Positions 21,939-32,228 of a DNA stretch of 64,000 bases are shown here, piece by piece. The stretch is from Acidimicrobiia bacterium (lineage in GTDB: Bacteria > Actinomycetota > Acidimicrobiia > Spongiisociales > ZC4RG35): NCBI GenBank assembly GCA_965248705.1, contig CBDFJY010000002.1:1972058-2036057 (forward strand), given 5' to 3'. The notes beneath the pieces are model-generated. The model was given only the letters and a program-made list of their open reading frames with translations, made no database searches and was not told where the DNA came from. How positions within the stretch are numbered: position 1 is the first letter of the stretch; each line of letters opens with the position of its first letter. Made by a program: the position numbers and the translations under genes.

Positions 21939-23986
21939 ACCGGAGGCACTTTGATGGTCAGGCAGCCGTATTGGTCAACGGAGGCTGACCCTTCGGGTGG
22001 GATCACGGTAGTGGCCGTTGCCTCTTCGACAATGGCGGGGCCAGCGATGAAGCACCCCGGGGCCAGCGTGTCCCGATTGAATCGGGCAGTGGGATAGGCG
22101 CCGGTGGAGAACAGGACGGGCGTGGTCTTGGACGGCACATCCGATGGTTCATCGGGCTGATAGTTAGCTTGCAAAAGCGGACGCCCCACATCGCCCAGGG
22201 CGGTGAGCCGAAGGTTGACGGTCTCCAGTGACGCGTCCGGATTGGAGTGACCGTACCGCGCACTATAGGTATCTTCAAAACGCCGACGGAGAGCTAGGAA
22301 CCGGCCGTCATGGGAAGAGGACAGTCCGTTGGGGAGGGTGACGGTCAGAGTGTGCTCCTGTCCCTGATAACGGATGTCCAAACGGTGGATGAGGGATATG
22401 CGATCGTGAGGCACGCCTTCTCCCAGCAAACCGGAGAAGGCCTGCTCGCCCAGTCTGGCGAACCGGTCCTTCAGATCTGTTGCGTCCAAGTTGGCGAAAT
22501 TTCGGAAATACGCCTCACTGAAGTCTTGGCGGACGGCAGATTGCAACATGCCCCAGGCTGAGAAGCCGCCCGGATCGGGGGGAACGACCACTTCGTCGAT
22601 TCCCAACTCCTGAGCCAGGGCCACGGCGTGCATGGGACCGGCGCCTCCGAAGGCCACCAGGCTGAATTGGCGCGGTTCGATCCCTCTCTCTACGGTGAGG
22701 GTTCTTATCGCCTGGGACATCTTGGCGTTAAGCACCTCGATGATCCCCAGCGCCATCCTCGAGCGGTTCAGGCCCAACTCCTGCCCCAGATTCTCCAGGG
22801 CAACATCCGCGGCCCGGATGTCGAGGGTGAGACTACCGCCCAGGAAATAACCGGGATCGATGCGGCCCAGCGCCAGGTTGGCGTCGGTCACGGTGGGTTG
22901 GGTCCCTCCCCTCCCATAGCAAGCCGGGCCGGGGTGGGCGCCGGCGCTTTCCGGTCCCACCCGAAGGCCGCCGGCCTGCAGGTAGGCGAGTGAGCCCCCT
23001 CCCGCGCCGATGGTGTGAATGTCCACCACCGGCATCAGCACCGGCAGACCTTCCAGCAGAGCGGAGGGAGAACTGTCGGCTTGACCGTCGGTGATCAAGC
23101 TGACGTCGAAGCTGGTCCCTCCCAGGTCGATGCAGATCAGATTGGGCCTGTCCAGAACCTCGGACAGGGCCACGCCTCCCGCCGCGCCGCCCACCGGACC
23201 GGACAGGAGGGTCTGCAGGGGGCGCTCGGATGCAGACTGAGCAGAGATGACGCCGCCGTTGGATTGCATCACCAGTAGTGGCGCCGACATGCCCTGGTCT
23301 CCCAGACGTGTGGAGAGATCGGCCATGTAGCGGGAGACCGAGGGAGCGATGTAGGCGTCCATCACCGCAGAAGCGGTGCGTTCGTACTCACGCCACTCGG
23401 TCGCCACCTGGTGGGAGAGCGAGAGAGATACACCGGGCGCCATCTCACCGAGGGCGGCGGCTGCGGCCAGTTCGTGGTCGGGATTCAGATAGGAGAACAG
23501 AAAAGCGATCGCTACCGAGCGCACTCCTTCGGAGAGAATCCGTTCGGCGGCCCGCCGGAGATCGTCATGGTCGAGGGGCGTCAGCTCGTTGCCCTCGTAA
23601 TCGAGCCTTCCCCCGATGGGGATTATGTCCCGGCGGGGGATGAGAGGGGCGGGTTTTCGGTAGCGGATGTTGTACATGTCGAGGCGGTTGCCGCGGGCGA
23701 TGTGATAGACGTCGCTGGCGCCGGCCGTAGCCAACAGGATGACCCTTTCCCCGCGCCTCTGCAGGAAGGCGTTGAGCCCCACAGTGGACCCGTGGACGAA
23801 GGACTCTACCTCCCCAGGCTTTCCAACCACCAGTCCCAGGGCGTCCATCACCCCGGCGGCCAGGTCATCGACCTGGCTGGGCGCCTTGGCGGTTGAATAC
23901 CGCCGGTGGCGGGGGTCGTACACCACCACATCGGTGAAGGTACCCCCGATATCTGTCGCAACCCGGAGTTCTATGTTCGTTTCCAA
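21935..23986 (-). CDS. hyuA: hydantoinase A / oxoprolinase family protein (HyuA)
   Basis: 683 aa; N-terminal DIGGTFTDVV acetate/sugar-kinase-like motif typical of HyuA; paralog of 44495-46534. Confidence 0.85.
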   Translation of the reverse strand: METNIELRVATDIGGTFTDVVVYDPRHRRYSTAKAPSQVDDLAAGVMDALGLVVGKPGEVESFVHGSTVGLNAFLQRRGERVILLATAGASDVYHIARGNRLDMYNIRYRKPAPLIPRRDIIPIGGRLDYEGNELTPLDHDDLRRAAERILSEGVRSVAIAFLFSYLNPDHELAAAAALGEMAPGVSLSLSHQVATEWREYERTASAVMDAYIAPSVSRYMADLSTRLGDQGMSAPLLVMQSNGGVISAQSASERPLQTLLSGPVGGAAGGVALSEVLDRPNLICIDLGGTSFDVSLITDGQADSSPSALLEGLPVLMPVVDIHTIGAGGGSLAYLQAGGLRVGPESAGAHPGPACYGRGGTQPTVTDANLALGRIDPGYFLGGSLTLDIRAADVALENLGQELGLNRSRMALGIIEVLNAKMSQAIRTLTVERGIEPRQFSLVAFGGAGPMHAVALAQELGIDEVVVPPDPGGFSAWGMLQSAVRQDFSEAYFRNFANLDATDLKDRFARLGEQAFSGLLGEGVPHDRISLIHRLDIRYQGQEHTLTVTLPNGLSSSHDGRFLALRRRFEDTYSARYGHSNPDASLETVNLRLTALGDVGRPLLQANYQPDEPSDVPSKTTPVLFSTGAYPTARFNRDTLAPGCFIAGPAIVEEATATTVIPPEGSASVDQYGCLTIKVPPV

Positions 23987-24939
23987 CAGGCGACGCGATG
24001 TGCGGCCTCGATCTCAACCAGTTGTTGAGGAGTGTCGGCGCAGACCTCTTCGGCGATGGGGCATCTTCCATAGAGGGGGCAGCCCGGCGCCCGGTCCAGG
24101 GCGGAAGGTTGCTCACCCACCAGTTGGACATGGTCGGTCTTGTAGGCGGGGTCGGGGCGGGGTGCGGCCTTGAGGAGAGCCTCGGTGTAGGGATGGCGCG
24201 GGTTGGCGAAAACCTGGGCGGCCGGGCCCGACTCGACCACCTTGCCCAGGTACATGACGGCCAGATCGTGGGCGATGTAACGGACCACTGTCAGGTCGTG
24301 GGAGATGAACAGATAGGAGGTGTCCCGCTCCTCTTGGAGGGACTGGAGCAGGAGCAGAATCTGGGACTGCACCGACATGTCCAGTGACGAGGTGGGCTCG
24401 TCCAGCACGACCAGCGCCGGGTTGGTGATCATCGCCCGGGCGATTCCCACCCGCTGCGCCTGCCCACCGGAGAGCTCGTGGGGATAGCGTCTGGCGTGCT
24501 CGGGGCTGAGCCCCACCCGCTCCAGCATGGTCGCCACCGGACCGACGGTGTCCTGCATGGACATGTTCTCGTGCAAGAGGAGCGGTTCGGCCACGGTACG
24601 CCCCACCGTCTGCCAAGGCGACAGCGAGTCGAAGGGGTCCTGAAAGACTATCTGCATCCGTCCCCGCATCTCTTCCAACTTGGCGCCCTGCAACCCGGTG
24701 ATCTCGGTGTCTTCTAAGTGCACCGAGCCCTGGGTGGGTTCGATGAGGCGCAGAATCAGCCGGGCCAGGGTGGTCTTTCCCGATCCCGACTCGCCCACCA
24801 CCGCCAGGGTGCGTCCGGGGGTGATGGAGAGGCTCACCTCGTCAACTGCCCGCAGGTCGGCGTGACGGAAGCTGCCGGTCTTGATCCGGAAGATCTTGGT
24901 GAGATCTCTGATCGCCAGGGTGTCGGAGGTTCCGGTCAT
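23971..24939 (-). CDS. peptide ABC transporter ATP-binding protein (DppF/OppF type)
   Basis: Walker A GESGSGKTT, signature LSGGQAQRV, C-terminal oligopeptide/dipeptide extension with Cys cluster. Confidence 0.85.
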   Translation of the reverse strand: MTGTSDTLAIRDLTKIFRIKTGSFRHADLRAVDEVSLSITPGRTLAVVGESGSGKTTLARLILRLIEPTQGSVHLEDTEITGLQGAKLEEMRGRMQIVFQDPFDSLSPWQTVGRTVAEPLLLHENMSMQDTVGPVATMLERVGLSPEHARRYPHELSGGQAQRVGIARAMITNPALVVLDEPTSSLDMSVQSQILLLLQSLQEERDTSYLFISHDLTVVRYIAHDLAVMYLGKVVESGPAAQVFANPRHPYTEALLKAAPRPDPAYKTDHVQLVGEQPSALDRAPGCPLYGRCPIAEEVCADTPQQLVEIEAAHRVACWKRT

Positions 24940-25895
24940 ACCGAAATCACCTCGGATGTCAGCGGATAATGGCAGAATGCCAACTGTCCCGCAATGTCAA
25001 CCAGGGGAGGATCCTGGTTGAAACAGTCGGCCTCCGCCCGGAAGCAACGCGGGGCAAAAGCGCAGGCGGCGAGGTCATCGCCGGGGTTGGGAACCCGTCC
25101 GGGAATCTCCCGGGGAGTGCCGCCGGAGTCGAGAGAGGTGGCGATAGAGACCAGTTGATTCGCATACGGGTGGAGGGCTTCCCGGTAGATCTCGGCGGTT
25201 GTTCCCAAGTTGACAACCCGGCCTGCGTACATCACGGCCACTCGATCGCAGACATCGGCAACCACTCCCAGGTCGTGGGTGATGAGCATGCCGGCCGTGT
25301 TGTGCTCTGCGATCACATCTCCCAACAGCTTCAGTATCTCGGCCTGGATCGTTACATCGAGGCCGGTGGTGGGCTCATCGGCGATGATCAGTTCGGGTTC
25401 GCCTGCCAAGGCGATGGCGATGCAAACCCGTTGACACATCCCTCCCGACAACTCGTGTGGATAAGAGCGATACACCCTCTCGGGATCGGTGATGCGTACC
25501 GACCGAAGCAGATTGAGGGCCTCTTCTTTGGCTTCTTTCCTGGCCATGCCCCGGAGGCGACGGAGGGTGTCGACGAGTTGCTTTCCGACCCGGAACACCG
25601 GGTTCAGGCTCCCGCGGGGGCGTTGAGGGACGAATCCTATACGGTGACCTCGCGCCTGCTGGCGCGTCCTGGCCGGAATGAAGTCTGCTCCGCCAAACCG
25701 ACAGGTCCGGAAGGAGACCGTGGCCGCGCTCGGCAGAAGATCGAGGATGGCGCGGGCGGTCATCGACTTGCCTGCCCCGGTCTCGCCAACCACACCCAAA
25801 ATCTCTCCCGGTCTGACTTGGAGGTCCACGCCACGGAGAATGGGTAGACCCTCGATCTCGACCTTGAGCCCGGTGAGTTCCAGGAGGGCTCTCAT
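24936..25895 (-). CDS. peptide ABC transporter ATP-binding protein (DppD/OppD type)
   Basis: GETGAGKSM Walker [10 protein letters not shown] signature; likely start [12 protein letters not shown] at 25895 (the ORF track extension to 26057 is spurious); ATGA overlap with the permease gene. Confidence 0.85.
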   Translation of the reverse strand: MRALLELTGLKVEIEGLPILRGVDLQVRPGEILGVVGETGAGKSMTARAILDLLPSAATVSFRTCRFGGADFIPARTRQQARGHRIGFVPQRPRGSLNPVFRVGKQLVDTLRRLRGMARKEAKEEALNLLRSVRITDPERVYRSYPHELSGGMCQRVCIAIALAGEPELIIADEPTTGLDVTIQAEILKLLGDVIAEHNTAGMLITHDLGVVADVCDRVAVMYAGRVVNLGTTAEIYREALHPYANQLVSIATSLDSGGTPREIPGRVPNPGDDLAACAFAPRCFRAEADCFNQDPPLVDIAGQLAFCHYPLTSEVISV

Positions 25896-26734
25896 CGTGA
25901 CTTCCTTCTGGTGGGCTCCACCAGGTCGGCGATCGACTCTCCGATCAGGCTCAGGGAGAAGATCGTCGTGGCGATGGCTATCCCGGGGAACACCGAGATC
26001 CACCATCGACCTCCCACCACCATCTCCTCGACGCCGTCTGCGATCATCGCTCCCCACTCAGGCTCGGGAAGCGGGACTCCCAGACCGATGAATCCCAGGG
26101 CGGCGGTGAGCAGGATCGCCCAGCCGCAACTGATCGCTGCCTGGGTGACGACCGTTCCGACGGTTCCCGGCGCTATGTAGCGAAGCATTATTCGGGCCCG
26201 TGAGTTACCCACCGCCCGTCCGGCTTCCACATAGGAATGCTCCCGGAGAGAGCGGACCTCGGATCGCACCAACCTGACAAAGGTGGGTATGCCCACGAAG
26301 CCGACCACCAGGATCAAATTCAAAACTCCTTCACCCAACGCGGCCAGCACCCCCACCGCCAGTATGAAAGCGGGGAAGGACTGGATAACGTCAAGGCCCC
26401 GCATGGTGAGCGAATCGACACGTCCTCCCAGATAGCCGACGACTAGTCCGATGGGATGGCCGATCACTATGGAGAACGCCACTGCCGACATGGCGATTAT
26501 CAGGTCATACCGGGCGGCGTAGACCACCCGTGCGAAGATGTCGAAGCCCAACTTGCCGGTGCCGAACCAGTGGTCGGCGGAGGGGGCCAGGAATTGGGTT
26601 CCGAAGTCGATGGCCAAAGGGTCGTTGCGGGCGATCCATGGCGCGAACACCGCCACTCCGATCATGAACCCAAACATAATCAGCCCCACAACAAGACGGC
26701 TGTCCAATCTTCTCCGGGTGGATCTGGCTGTCAT
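25892..26734 (-). CDS. peptide ABC transporter permease (DppC type)
   Basis: 280 aa, 6 TM, BPD_transp_1-like region. Confidence 0.8.
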   Translation of the reverse strand: MTARSTRRRLDSRLVVGLIMFGFMIGVAVFAPWIARNDPLAIDFGTQFLAPSADHWFGTGKLGFDIFARVVYAARYDLIIAMSAVAFSIVIGHPIGLVVGYLGGRVDSLTMRGLDVIQSFPAFILAVGVLAALGEGVLNLILVVGFVGIPTFVRLVRSEVRSLREHSYVEAGRAVGNSRARIMLRYIAPGTVGTVVTQAAISCGWAILLTAALGFIGLGVPLPEPEWGAMIADGVEEMVVGGRWWISVFPGIAIATTIFSLSLIGESIADLVEPTRRKSR

Positions 26735-27741
26735 TTCAACCTCACCCGCGGATCGACAATTGATTGGAGCAGGTCCACTACCAGGAACACCAGCAGATAG
26801 GTGACAGCCGACAGGAGGACAACGCCCTGGACAGCGGCATGATCGGTCCTTTCCAGGGAGTTATAGGCATACAAACCCACTCCCGGCCAGGAGAAGACTC
26901 TCTCGATTAAAACCGCTCCTCCGATCATGTACCCCGAGATCAGGCCGGTCATGGTTATGGCGCCCGGTAGGGAGTTGCGAAGAACGTACTTCAAGTACAG
27001 GGGAGCGCCGCGTAGACCGGAGGCTCTTCCGAAAGCGATGTAGTCAGACTGAAGTACGGACAGTGTGGCGTTGCGGGTGAGCCGCGTGATAGGTGCGATC
27101 GCTGGAAACCCCAGGGACACCATGGGCAGGATGACGTGCGCCAATGCGTTTCGGAAGGTTCCCCACTCTCCCCTCACCAGGGAATCGAATATGTAGAAGC
27201 CGGTGGGGCCGTCAGGAGGGACAGCCCCGAGATCCAGACGACCGACCGGCGGAGGCGCCCAGCTCAGGAATACAAAGAAGATCATCACCAATATGAGGGC
27301 CGCCCAAAAGTCGGGGATGGCTACCCCCAAGGTGGAGATGAACCTGCTGAATCTGTCGATCAGCTTACCCCTGCGTACTGCGGCCCACACCCCCAGTGGG
27401 AGCGCCACCCCCAAGGCGAATATCAGGCCGGCGACCACCATCTCCACCGTAGCCGGGAGACGATTACGAATGTCTTCAACGACGGAGAAACCGGTGCGCA
27501 GTGATTCTCCCAGGTCACCTTGGAGCAGTCCCTGCATATAGATCCAGTACTGGTAATAAAGAGGCTTATCCAGTCCCATGCTGACTCGGATTGCTTGCAC
27601 CTCGCCCTGAGATGCCTGCATTCCGGCATACAGCCGGGCCGGGTCTCCGGGTAATCCCCGAGAGACGAGGAAGGCAACCATGGTGACGCCGATGAGAATG
27701 GGAATCAGGGCTATCAGCCGTCGGAAGACGTAGGAGCCCAT
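26731..27741 (-). CDS. peptide ABC transporter permease (DppB type)
   Basis: 336 aa permease with conserved EAA-like loop; start overlaps the SBP region and stop overlaps dppC. Confidence 0.8.
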   Translation of the reverse strand: MGSYVFRRLIALIPILIGVTMVAFLVSRGLPGDPARLYAGMQASQGEVQAIRVSMGLDKPLYYQYWIYMQGLLQGDLGESLRTGFSVVEDIRNRLPATVEMVVAGLIFALGVALPLGVWAAVRRGKLIDRFSRFISTLGVAIPDFWAALILVMIFFVFLSWAPPPVGRLDLGAVPPDGPTGFYIFDSLVRGEWGTFRNALAHVILPMVSLGFPAIAPITRLTRNATLSVLQSDYIAFGRASGLRGAPLYLKYVLRNSLPGAITMTGLISGYMIGGAVLIERVFSWPGVGLYAYNSLERTDHAAVQGVVLLSAVTYLLVFLVVDLLQSIVDPRVRLK

Positions 27742-27832
27742 CAGTGCTTCCTCTGGTGGAAAAGGACAAGCCGCCGGGTCAGATAATCTGACACGGCGGC
27801 TTGTCCAGCTTTCAAGTAGTACTACCGAGTGA

Positions 27833-29644
27833 TCAGGATGACTTGGTCACGTAGTAGTAACGGTTGATTTGGTCGGGTCGCCAGACGAACCCGCCAATGG
27901 CTTGCGAAGAAGCCACGATCAGATGGGGTTCGGCCAGCCACACCGCGGGTGCGTCGGCCAGCATTAGCGTTTGTACGTCCACATACAGCTGAGTCCTGGC
28001 AGGATCGGCGGGGCTCAAGAGCTTGGCGGCTTCCAGCTTCTCGGTAACCACCGAGTTCGAGTAGTTGCTCCGCATGGCGTATGCATCCACTTCCCAGAAG
28101 AGTTCCATGTGGTACTGGGGCTCGTTCACCCAAGAACCGGACCCGAAGTAGAACAGGAAGAAGTCCATCGGGTTGATTCGTGCCTCCAGGGGGTCAGTCT
28201 TCGTGGAGTCCTCCGCGAACACATTCTCGGAGAAGTCGCCGGAACTGAGCCTGACGATCTCGACGTCGATCCCGATCTGGGCGAGATTAGCCTGCACCAC
28301 TATGGCCAGCTCCGGAGCGAAAGCCAAGGTTGCATCTATGTAGAGCTGGGTGCTGAATCCATCGGGATATCCCGACGCGGCCAGCAGCTCACGGGCCTTG
28401 TCCATGTCCTGGCTATAGAACGGAGCGTCTGGGTCGAAGGTCGGGGTTGTCGACGGAATCGGCCCCCCGCCGCGGCTGGCGGCGCCGAAGTAAACGCCCT
28501 CCAGGATTTCGTCATAGGGAAAGGCGTAGGAGATCGCCTGGCGTACGTTCAAATCGTCAAATGGGGGTCTGGTCGGGTTCATGTACATGACTGCCTGGTT
28601 GTTACCCCCGACAGTGGTGACCTTCACACCCTGTGCCATGAGCTCGGGAATAGCGGTGACCGGCACTGCCTCGGCGAAGTCGATCTCACCGGCAGACAAC
28701 AGGGTGGCCTGCTGGGCCTCGTCGGGGATCACCCGAAGGATGACCCGCTCCGCCTGGGCCGGACCGAGGAAGTAGTCGTCGTTGCGCCTAAGGGTGACCT
28801 GAACACCTGGCTCAATGGATTCCAGGTAGAAGGGGCCGGTGCCCGTGTCGGTGGTCTGCAGGAAGTCCCTGGCCCACGGATCGTCCTCGGTGCCCTGCTC
28901 GCTCAGAACCTTGGAGTCATAAACCGTGACGCCGACGTTCGAAAGCACATGCAGGGGGAACGGGGTGGGATACAGGAAGTCAAAACGGATGGTGTAGTCG
29001 TCGATGACGGTGATCACATCATCGATCGTCTCTTCGTCACCGTAGTCATACAGGCCAATGACCGCATGATCGAACCAGCCGCCCACGCGGTCCTGGTGCA
29101 AGGCCGCCCTGCGGAAACTCCACTTCACGTCTTCGGCGGTCATCTCGTTGCCGGTGTGGTTGAACTTCACGCCCTGGCGGAGGGTGAAGGTCACCGAGGT
29201 GCAGTCCTCGTTGAACTCCCAGTTCTCTGCCAGCAGTCCCTGGGGACGGGAGGAGTCGGCAACCAGCACACCATCCGCGTTCTCTTCGAGGTGGAAGGTG
29301 ATGAGCTGGTCATACATATTTCCCGCCAACTCCGATCCGCGAGCCTCGAAGTTGAGCCTCGGGTCGATGTTGGGCACGTCGCCGGAAAAGGCCTTGATGA
29401 TCGTCAAGCCATCGACCGGTTCCACGCCTCTGGGAGGAGCGACTTCCGGCGGCGGAGCACAACTACCCGCCATCAGTTCCTCGCCCGTTAGGACGGTGGT
29501 GGTCGTTTCCTCCATGGTGTCCGCGGCCGTGGTGGTTGGCGCCTGTGTGGCTGTTGGCTCCTCGGCGTCGTCTCCGCCGCAGGCTGCGGCGACGAGAGCG
29601 AGAGCCAACAGCATGGTTATCCATAGACGAGATTTAGTCATCAT
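27833..29644 (-). CDS. ABC transporter substrate-binding lipoprotein (family 5, peptide/nickel type)
   Basis: 603 aa, lipoprotein signal MMTKSRLWITMLLALALVAAACGGD, size and composition typical of SBP_bac_5. Confidence 0.8.
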   Translation of the reverse strand: MMTKSRLWITMLLALALVAAACGGDDAEEPTATQAPTTTAADTMEETTTTVLTGEELMAGSCAPPPEVAPPRGVEPVDGLTIIKAFSGDVPNIDPRLNFEARGSELAGNMYDQLITFHLEENADGVLVADSSRPQGLLAENWEFNEDCTSVTFTLRQGVKFNHTGNEMTAEDVKWSFRRAALHQDRVGGWFDHAVIGLYDYGDEETIDDVITVIDDYTIRFDFLYPTPFPLHVLSNVGVTVYDSKVLSEQGTEDDPWARDFLQTTDTGTGPFYLESIEPGVQVTLRRNDDYFLGPAQAERVILRVIPDEAQQATLLSAGEIDFAEAVPVTAIPELMAQGVKVTTVGGNNQAVMYMNPTRPPFDDLNVRQAISYAFPYDEILEGVYFGAASRGGGPIPSTTPTFDPDAPFYSQDMDKARELLAASGYPDGFSTQLYIDATLAFAPELAIVVQANLAQIGIDVEIVRLSSGDFSENVFAEDSTKTDPLEARINPMDFFLFYFGSGSWVNEPQYHMELFWEVDAYAMRSNYSNSVVTEKLEAAKLLSPADPARTQLYVDVQTLMLADAPAVWLAEPHLIVASSQAIGGFVWRPDQINRYYYVTKSS

Positions 29645-29864
29645 TCCTTCCTTTTTCTTGGGTTTAGATAGGTTCGGCTATCAGTTGAGCCACCTGTGAG
29701 GTGAGCCCGTTAAATACCTTACCGGCAGATAGCCTAACACGGTGCCCAGGGCTGGGAAATGGGTGAGAGGGGAATAAAGACGGTACATTCGTCCGACGCC
29801 TGGTAAAATGGGAGGTGGCTCCTGCGGGCGCCGGGCATCTCGATGGAAACCGTAGGTATTTCAT

Positions 29865-32207
29865 ATGACAACTCACTTAACCATGCGTTTCGGTCGGCAA
29901 GTGGGGGTGCTGGCCGGCTTGTCGTTGCTGGTCGGCCTGCTGGTGGTCGCACCCTCTCCGATCAAGGCGGCCGACCCGGCGCCGGATTACTCGGCCACAT
30001 TCGAAGCTTGTCCCGAAGGCACAATCCCCGACGCGGATTTCTCAGATGTTCCGGCTCGCCATGAAAATGTCCAGGACATCGACTGTATCGCCTATTACGG
30101 AATCACCAAGGGCACCTCGGCCACCACTTATTCACCCTCGGACCCGGTTATCCGAGAGCACATGGCGCTTTTTCTGATCAGGTTGGCCAAGCTGGTGGGG
30201 ATCGGTGTTCCCTTTCCCAACAGTTCCACGCCCTTCACGGATGTAGCCCACTTGGGAGGAGAGTCACAGGACGCCATCAATCAGTTGGTCCGGCTGGGGA
30301 TCACGATCGGCACCAGCAGCACTACCTACACCCCGGACCAAAATGTCAGCCGCGGCCAAATGGCGCTTTTTCTGCAGCGGCTGATGAACTTGATGGAGCC
30401 GGTGGAGGACAGCAGGGATGTGTACGGGTACACCCCTAACGATGTTGATGACAACGACGAGGGCTTCGAGGTTGAGTCTCCTTTTCTCGACCTGAACAAT
30501 GTCACTGTGGTGACCGGCGACGCGGTTAACCAACTCTATGAACTGGGGGTGTTGAGCGGTTATTCCTCCAGCACGTTTTACGGCCCCAATGAGGACATGT
30601 CCCGAGCGGCTATGGCGGAGTTTATGGCGGCGATCCTGGACCACTCCAACCTGCGTCCCGAGGGCGCCACGGTTCAGGTCACCCCGACCCAGGGCCTGGA
30701 CAACTTCGAGATAGTGATGATGATCTCGGTTCGGGATTCGAGCTTCGCTCCGGTTGAGGACCAGCCGGTGGATTGGTTCTACACCGATGATGAAGATGGC
30801 GGGTTGGATAGAGGTTTGTGTGACGAAGATTTAATAAGGCCGAGTAGTGCGGACTGCGTGTGGGACGAGGATCGAGATGATGAAACGGGTCGGGACGGGA
30901 ACATTTTCAACGACAGGATCGAAGCCACGCCCGGAGAGACGATGACCTTCTACGCTTGGATCGGTCGCCGGGACGGCGACGAATTCGAGGAACATACGGT
31001 GAACTTCTCGAACGCGGAGGCACGGTCGGCAAAGGGCGCCGACAGTATCAGGGTGACGTGGGACGACAGAGATGTACCTGACACTGCTTTTAGGATGGAT
31101 GACGAGACGTACATTGTCGATCTAGACATCGATTCGATCGAGTTCACCATCCAACTGCTGGATGACCGGCAGATGGCTTTGGAGATGGAGGGTGTGGAGA
31201 TAGAGGTCCAAGTCGACAGTGACGATATCTTGCTGTTCGCAGATCGGGTGAATGAAGACCAAGAGCCAAAACCCTCCTACGACCTGTTGCCCGACGACGA
31301 TGAATACGACGAGACGGTAGTCACTGACAGCGATGGTGAGGCGGTATTCGAACTCGACGCCCCTCGCCGGGATGACCGGCTCGACGTAGTTACCTTCGAC
31401 CCCGATTGCCAGGATTGCGAGTCGGCGACGATTGAGGTCGCCTGGAGCGGTGGATTACCCGTGCTGATGAGCGCCCGGCCCCAGTTCGACCTGTATGTCC
31501 GGAAGTCCAGCAGTTTCAGAGTCGGTATCCCGGTTGAATACGGACTCTACGACCAATATGGCGACACCGTTTCCAGCACGGCGGCCAGCCGCACCGGGAG
31601 GGAAGGGACAACCCTCAAAGGTCAACTGGCTTTCGAGTTGTACAGTGTTGCAACGATTTCGGCCGGATCAGTAACGACCACCGACGAAGGTGACCTCGAT
31701 ACTTCTGAAGCCATGACGTTCAGTCGTGGGCGATACACGAGCAGCGTATCTGCGGAAGTACCCGTTGGGGATCGAGCTCATGAAGGGTTCCTGGTTGTGC
31801 TAAAGCCCAGCATCTTTAGTGATTCCGATACAGTAGACACCAAGGATTCTCTGGACACTGCTGAAGTTAGGTACGCAGAGGATGAAGTGGTGGTGTGGAT
31901 CGTCGACGAAGCCACAACGGCACAAGACAAGCTGGCAGAGTGTACTTTGACAGGCGGGCCCTCCGGTGTGACGTATCCCCCCGTAGCTGTCTATCCAGAT
32001 CGAAACGAATTCCGTACTTGCTTTACTCTCTGGAGTTACGATCAGACCAATGACCGGTTCTTCGTCGGGGGTGAGGAGGTCGGTATCGGGGAGTTCGAGG
32101 AAAGCTTGGCTACCTTTGCTTCCCAGTCTGATGCCTCTCTGGCTGATCTGACAATATCCTTATATTCCAGCCGCCGCTCGGGGCTCAGTGTTTTCAGACT
32201 TCCCTGA
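29865..32207 (+). CDS. large secreted SLH-domain (S-layer homology) surface protein, paralog A
   Basis: Signal peptide, three tandem SLH domains (FSDVPARHENVQDIDCIAYYGITKG...; FTDVAHLGGESQDAINQLVRLGITIG...VSRGQMALFLQRL; FLDLNNVTVVTGDAVNQLYELGVLSGY...), acidic D-rich central region, conserved C-terminus FRTCFTLWSYD. Confidence 0.75.
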   Translation: MTTHLTMRFGRQVGVLAGLSLLVGLLVVAPSPIKAADPAPDYSATFEACPEGTIPDADFSDVPARHENVQDIDCIAYYGITKGTSATTYSPSDPVIREHMALFLIRLAKLVGIGVPFPNSSTPFTDVAHLGGESQDAINQLVRLGITIGTSSTTYTPDQNVSRGQMALFLQRLMNLMEPVEDSRDVYGYTPNDVDDNDEGFEVESPFLDLNNVTVVTGDAVNQLYELGVLSGYSSSTFYGPNEDMSRAAMAEFMAAILDHSNLRPEGATVQVTPTQGLDNFEIVMMISVRDSSFAPVEDQPVDWFYTDDEDGGLDRGLCDEDLIRPSSADCVWDEDRDDETGRDGNIFNDRIEATPGETMTFYAWIGRRDGDEFEEHTVNFSNAEARSAKGADSIRVTWDDRDVPDTAFRMDDETYIVDLDIDSIEFTIQLLDDRQMALEMEGVEIEVQVDSDDILLFADRVNEDQEPKPSYDLLPDDDEYDETVVTDSDGEAVFELDAPRRDDRLDVVTFDPDCQDCESATIEVAWSGGLPVLMSARPQFDLYVRKSSSFRVGIPVEYGLYDQYGDTVSSTAASRTGREGTTLKGQLAFELYSVATISAGSVTTTDEGDLDTSEAMTFSRGRYTSSVSAEVPVGDRAHEGFLVVLKPSIFSDSDTVDTKDSLDTAEVRYAEDEVVVWIVDEATTAQDKLAECTLTGGPSGVTYPPVAVYPDRNEFRTCFTLWSYDQTNDRFFVGGEEVGIGEFEESLATFASQSDASLADLTISLYSSRRSGLSVFRLP

Positions 32208-32228
32208 CAGGTAATCTGAGGGACAGTT

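Noticed and set aside
27971-29491. 506-aa plus-strand ORF
   Set aside because: Antisense to the ABC substrate-binding protein gene, which has a clear lipoprotein signal and family-5 SBP character.
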